A stretch of DNA of 64,000 bases from Neophaeotheca triangularis (Eukaryota). Made by a program: the position numbers and the translations under genes. The stretch lies in the NCBI GenBank assembly GCA_054600435.1, contig BAAIJX010000015.1:62001-126000 (forward strand), given 5' to 3'. Below are positions 56,541 through 64,000 of the stretch, in pieces. The notes under the pieces were generated by a model that ran no database searches, was not told the origin of the DNA, and worked only from the letters and a program-made list of their open reading frames with translations. How positions within the stretch are numbered: the first letter of the stretch is position 1; each line of letters begins with the position of its first letter.

Positions 56541-58828
56541 CTAACAGCTCCACACGCCAACGACACCGTCTCTCCTCCCTTCGATACAATACCCATCCCG
56601 TATCCTAACTTTCTCCACTACACTCTTGCTCCCCTCGCCATCACTAACACCCGCACCGCAGTCCCAGTGCCTCCCGTCCGTCTTATCGTACACTTTGACG
56701 ACATCCTCGCCCGCAGCGGCCACGATGCGACGAGCATCGAAATGCATGGAACTGATTGGGTTGTCGTAGGCGTAGGCATCGTGAATGGAGCCGGTGCGGA
56801 GGTCCCAAATCTAAAGTCTCAGTCAGCAAGCAAATTCTGTTGTATTGGAGAGTAAAGGCCAAGACTCACCCGTATACTCCTGTCCCTCGACCCGGTAACA
56901 AGATACACGTCGTCGAACTGTAGAGCCGTCACCGGGCCGGTATGGCCTACAAGACTCCTGTGCACCATGCCTGAACGTAGGTCCCACAATCTGACCATAC
57001 CGTCCGCGGTACCGCACGCCAATGCTGCGTCGAAGACTTGCAGCGCACCTACAAAGTCCGCTTCGGCTGATTGCATTCGGCCGCCGATGTTGGGTGCACG
57101 CCACCAGTCGTCACCACCACCGCCGCCGCCGGTGCTCAGCCCGCCGCCTCTTGTTGCGGAAGCGGTGTTGATTCCTGTAGGATGGATGGTTGAAGCCTGC
57201 GTTGCCGCCCACAGCACGTCCAGCGTTTGGACGCAGCGGCCCCTTTCTAGATCCCATTGACGGAGTGTTTTGTCCGCTGAGCCAGAGACTAGCGTGTTGC
57301 CTCGGAAGTTGAGCGCGGTGATCTCTGCTACGTGGGCGGATAGCGTGTGTAAGTGGCAGTCGGCCATGGCGTCGTGGCTGGGAGGTGCTGGCTCCGGTTC
57401 AGGCGCAGCATCAGAAGCTGCTGGGGTGAAGAGCTCGCCTTCATCACCAGAAGCGTCACCGTTGTCTGAGCTCTGCGGGCGTTTGTCTGTGATCGACGAC
57501 GAAGTCGCTGCCGAGGGGTTGTAGTCGGCTTGGCTCAGATCCCACAGGCGTATACTGGCGTCCATGGATCCAGTTGCGGTGAGGTTTTCTTCGACCTGGA
57601 GACACCTCACGCTGCTCAGGTGACCTTCTAGCATACCCATACATCTGCCAGCGTTCAGATCCCACACTCTGACGGTATCGTCCAGCGCCGCCGTTACCAT
57701 CGTACCGAAAGGCGCATCAAAGTCCACGGCGGTGATAATGTCGTTGTGAGCCGGAAATTCTCGTATCCGTGACCCAGGCTCGAGATGTTCGTGTAAGATT
57801 GGCATGCTGATACGTCGAGTTGGCATCTTTTTCCTCTTTGCGCCGGACTTGGGAGGCGTCTTGGGCGACTTGGGTAGTTTCTGGTATATACTTTCCGACA
57901 TGAAGCCGGAGCTCATGGCTTCTTCGTCCTCTTCCGGAGAAGAATCCTCTTTCTCCTCTCGGACAGCGCCTAATGCCGGGCTCTTCGTAGCGAGTGCCGC
58001 TTCATCCTCGAGCTCCTCCTTCATCTCTTCCAGGCTGTTGGCCACCTCAACAATTTCTTGCTCCAGATCGTGCTCTTCCTGTTCAAGCCCTGCTAATCGA
58101 TCCAGTACAGTCTTCCGCATGGTGTTGAGGTTTGCGATTTTGACGTCAATTTCCCTAATCTCGCTTGCAGCCATGCTCTTCCTTACACCCAACATCTCCA
58201 GCCGATGGTCAAGTCTGTATTTGGTATTCTTGAGTTTCACGAGTCCAGGTGGCCCTTTCTCCTCGTCTTCCAGCAACTTCTGCCCTCGGCTCCCATGCCT
58301 TCCATGCCTGCGCCGCCTCCCTCCATGCCTCCCAGCCTCCTCTGACTCTTCCGGTAAAGTCGCCCGGAATCCATCGAACAAGCTAAAAGCGCTCGTACTT
58401 GCCGGTACATCTCGGATCATAGAATCTGGCAAATATGTCAAAGCTCGATGTTCTATCTCTGAGCTGTCGAATCGACTGCGTAGTAATTCTCGTGGATTTG
58501 CTTTAGCGAAGGAGAAGACGGAGCGCTGTATCATCGGTCGACGCATGGTTCGGTGGACGCTGCTGAGAGCGTTCCGATAATGATCGGGCTGATTGTTGCC
58601 GCCATTTTCGCCGGCAGAGGAGGGGAAGGATATAAGTTGAGAGGCGGTTGCGTGGACGGTACGGGAGAAGGCCTCGAGCTGGCGCGACTAGGTGGTCATT
58701 AGCACTGGCTACGGGTAACAATCAATTGATTACCCTACATTCAGTAACGTCTCTTCCTCAGCGGCCTGCGGTATCCTATTTCTGGTCGTCTTATGAGGGG
58801 AGGTACTTCGACCTCGGCGGTCCGTCAT
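56541..58828 (-). CDS. MDV1: Mitochondrial fission adaptor Mdv1/Caf4 (coiled coil + WD40), 3 exons
   Basis: SRQLEAF...TAS.L N-terminus, coiled coil [20 protein letters not shown]40 repeats ([40 protein letters not shown]). Confidence 0.92.
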
Positions 58829-59181
58829 TGGGAAAGAGTTGAGATGTTGCGCTGCAGAATTTAGACAGCCATGATGTTGTTATTCGAGGGGGTTTGTTGC
58901 CTTGATAGTCATTGACTAGAGGAGGTGAGGTACGATATAGGAGGGAATGATCACTGGAGCGTCGTAGAGAGACAGTCGCGTGCCCTGGATGCTGTCACAA
59001 GCTTGTCTGGACCATCTATCTGCACGCGGCTGTCTTTTTGGCCCCCACATATCAGCGCTGCCATTGGCTACACCCGACCTCACCTCATAAATCACCACCA
59101 CCAAAGCCCCCAGTGCCCCCTTCCTGCATGCCAAGACTCTACCGCCGTAGCGACCTCCCGTGCCTTGTATGCTCGCCCAAC

Positions 59182-59988
59182 ATGGACACGGCCATTGATC
59201 TCTCCGACGCTTCCAAAGCCCTCGATCTCTCCAACATCCGCTTCCAGCTAATCCGGCTAGAAGACACCGTCCTCTTCCACACCATAGAACGCGTGCAATT
59301 TCCTCTCAATGCCTCCATCTACAAGCCCGGAGCCATACCCATACCAGGCTCGAGCCTCAGCTTTTGCGATTGGCTACTACGGGAGAACGAAGCCCTCCAG
59401 TCGAAAATTCGACGCTACCAGTCTCCCGACGAATACCCTTTCTTCCCCGAAGCACTCCACGAGCCTATGCTCCCGGCACTCAAATATCCCAAGGTCCTCT
59501 GGAACAATGACGTGAACCTTAACCACGAGCTCAAACGCAAGTACATCGAAGACATTCTTCCGGCTGCTTGCGCCAACTACGGTCGAGCGGAGCGGTCGGC
59601 CGAAGCGCAGGAGAACTACGGCTCAGCGGCCACTTGCGACGTTAGCTGTCTCCAAGCACTGTCGCGACGAATACACTTTGGCAAGTTCGTGGCAGAGTCG
59701 AAGTTTCAGGGCGACCCGGAGAAGTTCGTCAAGCTCATCAAGGCGAACGACCGAGACGGCATCGATGCCGCTATCACCGACTCCGCCGTGGAGAAGAAGG
59801 TGCTGGAGAGGCTGAGGCTGAAGGCTAAGACGTACGGGACGGATCCAAGCGTCAGTTCTGCGGCGGAGCATGGGAAGATCAATGTGGAGGCTGTCGAGGC
59901 CATGTACAAGAACACTGTTATACCCCTGACCAAGGTGGTTGAGGTGGAATATTTGATGCAGAGGCTGAAGGGGACGCAGTGGGAGTGA
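59182..59988 (+). CDS. ARO7: Chorismate mutase (AroQ eukaryotic type)
   Basis: [64 protein letters not shown]. Confidence 0.97.
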   Translation: MDTAIDLSDASKALDLSNIRFQLIRLEDTVLFHTIERVQFPLNASIYKPGAIPIPGSSLSFCDWLLRENEALQSKIRRYQSPDEYPFFPEALHEPMLPALKYPKVLWNNDVNLNHELKRKYIEDILPAACANYGRAERSAEAQENYGSAATCDVSCLQALSRRIHFGKFVAESKFQGDPEKFVKLIKANDRDGIDAAITDSAVEKKVLERLRLKAKTYGTDPSVSSAAEHGKINVEAVEAMYKNTVIPLTKVVEVEYLMQRLKGTQWE

Positions 59989-60364
59989 AAAAGTTGGGGT
60001 GCTACACATGTTGTGACGAAGCTACGAAACGACGATGACGATAGATGCAGGATTTTCCAAAAGCGTTTCCCATCTGCGCATCTAGGATCCATCCATGCCT
60101 TTGAACCCAATCCTATCTCATGTTTTCGGCTATCTTCTCGCTGCTCCGGCCCCAGCTCTGACATATCTTTGTTCCTCGCCTGGACGGGAAAACTTGCTGG
60201 CATGTCGTGAGCTTGGTGCTGCACATTGCCGTATGCTTCGAATGGACTGCAAGGCCGCGGCCGGGTCTGGCAAAAATACTGTGATCCTCCGTGAATTCTG
60301 GTGCAATGCTCTTTCTCGGTCCCTGCCCCACCTACTAAGTGTTCGTTTCGAATTCAGCATCTCC

Positions 60365-62722
60365 TTAATACCCCGTCGGGTCCCAAATGATCCGGCCGTC
60401 GTTGAGCGTGTTTTCTACGTATGAAGCAACGGTACCCCAGACCGGACGGAAGGTGGTCCCTTCAACAACGATATCGTCGCAGTCGGTGCTGTCTAGCTGC
60501 AACATTTGTGCGCTTTCAAGATCTGGATCCACGTTCGTTTGGCAGTCGTTTGCTTGATCTAGGCGTTCGTCAGCGAACTCGGGACCTTCACCACCAGACC
60601 AGAGCCATTCTGTGTTGAGCAAGTCCGCAAGTGCCTTGTACTCCCGCTGTCTGATGGTGCGCTCTCTTTTCTCGTCTCTTTGCTTGTGCAGATCGTAGGC
60701 ATTGGACCATAAGAGCTCGGTGTTGTAAGGCTCCACGGAAGTTTGCTCGTTGCGCATCACGACCTGAAGCAGCCCGTACTCGTATACTTCAGTTGCTGCC
60801 TCTTCCAACGTCGAAGCAATATTCTCACCGTTGAATTTGAGCACGAATTTAAGGTCACTGTCGTACTGTCTGATTGCTGCGCAGATAGGCACATCACCAG
60901 TTCGATTGCGCGAGAAGGTCCGTTGATGGTAGCAGGCTCGCCAAGCAGGATCTCGACATCGCCAATCAAATGTGATCTTTACCTTCTCGAGCTGATATCC
61001 TTCGTAGCCCTGTATGCTTTTGAGTACGCCGTGAGCGCTCGTTATGGCACTCTCTTTCACATGCAATTGTAGTCTCTTCAAAGTCGTCGGGAGCTTCTCG
61101 AAAATTGACTGGGGCGCTCCAAGGTTCTCATCGATACCTACCAAGCTGGCATCTAGTGAGAGATATTTCAGAGACGTAAAGTCAGCGAGACTCTGGAGCA
61201 CGGGTCCAGTGGGGACGCTGGAGAAGGGAAGACGATGTGCGAACCTAGTGATGTGCAGTTCTTGGAGTGTGGCTTTGTGCCTGTCCAGAGCACATTGCAA
61301 GTTGTCGCCGTTGAGCTCAAGATCCGTGCTTTCGGGGGGTCTCAGAGAGGAGCGCGTCCCCCAAGCCACCTTGATCTTCAGCAGTCGATGACACCTTTCA
61401 ATGATCGCAACGATATCCTCGCCTGTATAGTCACCCTGGCAAATCTCAAGGATCCGCAAGCGAGAAGTCGCATCAATCAGAGGTAGATATGAATGTGCAG
61501 TCGAGCGGAAGGAGTTGGGGCCTTGTGCACAGTGGAATCCGTTGGCCTTTACACTCAGGAGCGAAGGTAACCGAAGGAGGGGAAATGCGACTTCCAAGGG
61601 CGCGGCGGGCTTGACGGACCAGACCCTACCGAATCTCGCCCCCTTTTCGTGTGGCTCGCTCGAATGGCCGTACAGTTCTATTTGTTGAAGTTTCCCATAG
61701 GGGTCCTCCGAAGTCGTGACCGTGAGATGCTCTTCGCCAAAAAGTTCTTTGAACACAAAGCGCAGATCCAGCGGACAGAGTTGACCTACCGCTTGTTTGG
61801 CATCGTGTTGCACGCCCTGTTCTGGCTCAGCCCAGTCGTTGAAGCACACTCGGAGTGTTTGAATGCCAGTGCAGATTGACAGCGCGAGGACCTGTTCTGC
61901 CGTTCGACAACCCACATGTAAACAGTTGAAGACCGCTTCTCGTAGTTTCCGCGAGCATATGAAGTGTCCTAACTTCGTGAGATTCTGAAACTCCTCCTCA
62001 CTTGGCGCCCCTTCGTTGGGCCATGCTTCCTTCGGCTCCCAGAACCACCGGAAATTCGATAGAGCACCGCCCCATAAGCTCATTCGATCTTCAGTCCGCT
62101 GCCGCAGCCTGAACATCTCCGAATTGTGATTCCTACTTCTCCGATGCTCTTCTGTCCAGGGCTCGTTCAGTCCGGCGACAGTGTGGCGTGCGAATGGGAC
62201 CAGAAAGAACTCCCGGACAAGCGTCGCCAGAGACATATCCCTAGCCAGTGCCAGGGCAAACGCCCTGACACGAGGGCTCTTGCATTCCAGTTGGGTGATC
62301 TGCGTGCGATATCCACCTGAAAAGACAACGTGAATGTTATGCTGGGCAATGCCTACACGGTACACTGCCGGATTCGTTGCGAACTGGGGTGAGCTGTGCT
62401 TACGGGCGTGGAATCGGCTGTACAGGACCGACGTTGCCACTTTGTTGAGCCGGCGCGAGGCCAAACAGAGGTTGTACATCTCGTTGTAGTTGTTATGCAG
62501 CCATTCTCGTTCCTGGACTAGGTTTTCGCATATTCTCATCAGGAGTTCGTCTGGCAGTCGTTCGAGGGGGTTGAGATCTTTTTCGCAAGGTACGGCGTTT
62601 TCTGCAGGGCCGTCTTCAGCGGATGGTGAGTCAAAGAGTGCGGAGATAGGGTGAGGTCGGTCGCCTCGTTGCTCGAACAGAGCAATAGCCAGAGGGCTCT
62701 GGGGATTATCGTCATCGTTCAT
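60365..62722 (-). CDS. F-box protein with LRR-like C-terminal region, 785 aa
   Basis: LERLPDELLMRICENL...LCLASRRLNKVATSVLY F-box; LxxLxL repeats (LPSLLSV, LRILEI, LQELHI, LADFTSLKYLSL, LPTTLKRLQL). Confidence 0.8.
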   Translation of the reverse strand: MNDDDNPQSPLAIALFEQRGDRPHPISALFDSPSAEDGPAENAVPCEKDLNPLERLPDELLMRICENLVQEREWLHNNYNEMYNLCLASRRLNKVATSVLYSRFHARKHSSPQFATNPAVYRVGIAQHNIHVVFSGGYRTQITQLECKSPRVRAFALALARDMSLATLVREFFLVPFARHTVAGLNEPWTEEHRRSRNHNSEMFRLRQRTEDRMSLWGGALSNFRWFWEPKEAWPNEGAPSEEEFQNLTKLGHFICSRKLREAVFNCLHVGCRTAEQVLALSICTGIQTLRVCFNDWAEPEQGVQHDAKQAVGQLCPLDLRFVFKELFGEEHLTVTTSEDPYGKLQQIELYGHSSEPHEKGARFGRVWSVKPAAPLEVAFPLLRLPSLLSVKANGFHCAQGPNSFRSTAHSYLPLIDATSRLRILEICQGDYTGEDIVAIIERCHRLLKIKVAWGTRSSLRPPESTDLELNGDNLQCALDRHKATLQELHITRFAHRLPFSSVPTGPVLQSLADFTSLKYLSLDASLVGIDENLGAPQSIFEKLPTTLKRLQLHVKESAITSAHGVLKSIQGYEGYQLEKVKITFDWRCRDPAWRACYHQRTFSRNRTGDVPICAAIRQYDSDLKFVLKFNGENIASTLEEAATEVYEYGLLQVVMRNEQTSVEPYNTELLWSNAYDLHKQRDEKRERTIRQREYKALADLLNTEWLWSGGEGPEFADERLDQANDCQTNVDPDLESAQMLQLDSTDCDDIVVEGTTFRPVWGTVASYVENTLNDGRIIWDPTGY

Positions 62723-63410
62723 CGTGAATTCATAGAAGCAGGTGTTAGGGAGGGATTGCAACTGTGGATAGGATCAGCGTTGCGGGCTGCTATGGCCAAA
62801 TGTGGTCACATTAAATTTCTCCAGAGTAGATCGCAGGTTTTGGTAGATCGAAAGTGGCATGTTGTCGCAAGCGGAGCAGCACCTTTTTGTGGGCGACGCC
62901 AAGCCACTAGAGCGTTCAAGGTGAATGAGGGTCTGGCCTTGACTCTGCCTGCGCCTGAGCGGCTCCTTCGAACCACAAGAACTTCCAATTGACTTGATAA
63001 GCCTTAATCTCCAGAAAGGATTTAACGATTTGCAGCACGCCGCAATCGTGTTATTTATTGCATGCCCTACGCACATCGAACTACGTACATCGCGTTGGAC
63101 AAGGCGTTCCATTCTCGGTGACTCGGTCTCACGCTGTCTCGTGAGAATAACAAACCTCCTTCTGGAGAGCTACAAGAGAGAGACTCCGGAGGTGTCCGAG
63201 TAAGGCGTGCGTGAGACGTTGCATGAATACCAAAACTATCTATGGAGTAGAGAGAGATTGAAGCTGTGCCTACAAGCAGCCCGTGCTCCCTCAGGTTTGC
63301 AGCAGCCTCTGTCATAGCACAGGTGGAAATCGATCGCCCATAGAATTTCCGCCAGACCCGCCCTCATTCTGATTGTCAAGCTGGCTGAGTGACCACCAAA
63401 TCTCTTACCT

Positions 63411-64000
63411 CTAGCGGTTGAAGTCACCCAAAGAGCGACCTATTCCCCAGACAGAACGTAGCTGCGTCCCAGGAACTGTAACTTCGCCGTCGGCCTCCGT
63501 TATATTGTCCATTTTCACCTCATGCAGCTCTTCCTCCGAGATCTGACCGTTCCAGTGCCCCATGACGTTTTGTAACTTTGTATGCTCGTCTCGCATCTCC
63601 TTCATCCTGGCTGCTTCTTCTTTCCGCAACTCGTACGCATCACACCAGAGTAGTGCGGTGCAAAAGGGCTCGACGGCGGTCGTTTCGTCCCTGGAGAGAA
63701 TTTTAAGTAGGGTGTACTGTTTTAGCTCTTCGGCGGCCTCCGCAATGGTTTTTGCTATGTCATCGCCGGTCTAATCCGGACAAGCTGACTGCAGCGACCG
63801 ACAAGATCGATGATATCGTTTCAAACAAGGTCGCCATCGCGGATGTCCAGAACCTTTCAATTTCGAAGCGGAGCGTCATCGATCAGCGGCGGGAATTGAG
63901 AGATGCCGACAAGGGCAAGGCGTTTGGCTGAACAGAAACCGTCAGCTTCGAAAATCTGGAGTTATGGGACGGTTGGCAATAGTGAAATAGCACTGAATAC
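63411..64000 (-). pseudogene. Decayed tandem paralog of the 60365-62722 F-box/LRR gene (runs off the window edge)
   Basis: VP*LQIFEADGF..PLIDD..*KVLDIRDGDLV*NDIIDLVGRC matches LPSLLSVKANGF..PLID..LRILEICQGDYTGEDIVAIIERC; GDDIAKTIAEAAEELKQYTLL...VEPFCTALLWCDAYEL matches GENIASTLEEAATEVYEYGLL...VEPYNTELLWSNAYDL; three in-frame stops. Confidence 0.85.

Noticed and set aside
59038..59181. TTG-initiated N-terminal extension of ARO7
   Set aside because: Chorismate mutase homology begins at MDTAIDL (59182); no support for the extension
1..64000. CRISPR arrays, rRNA, intact transposons, secondary-metabolite backbone genes, AT-rich RIP blocks
   Set aside because: None seen: no spaced direct repeats, no PKS/NRPS or RT/transposase motifs, no long AT-rich tracts

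Overview
Eukaryotic, intron-containing DNA from a filamentous ascomycete; gene content and style suggest Dothideomycetes, which is an inference. Most of the window is a dense run of conserved housekeeping genes: TOA2, VMA16, gephyrin-like cnxE, POP5, ESF1, a Dpb3-like histone-fold protein, a CLC channel, cyclophilin, an nrc-2/Fpk1 kinase, TFB4, SmF, ProRS, ALG3, EIF1AD, a TRP/Yvc1-like channel, a VAMP7-like SNARE, GCN3, MDV1 and ARO7. Accessory islands sit between them. The most striking island (about 45.9-52.7 kb) is a co-oriented three-gene module with intact predicted splicing: a 107-aa small protein, a CorA-like 2-TM protein lacking the GMN filter, and a 963-aa non-RD Ser/Thr kinase fused to a C-terminal vWA domain. 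It is a candidate fungal immunity/allorecognition or cell-death system. Also found: three small spliced genes that the ORF track misses or fragments, a tRNA-like highly structured ncRNA candidate at about 54.65-54.81 kb, two 'intact + decayed' tandem F-box-like pairs, a decayed SDR gene, CpcA/Gcn4, PAC and MCB-like motifs, and recurrent C/A-to-G/T skew jumps. All exon boundaries were read by eye from GT-AG and branch signals plus frame continuity. No database searches were run.
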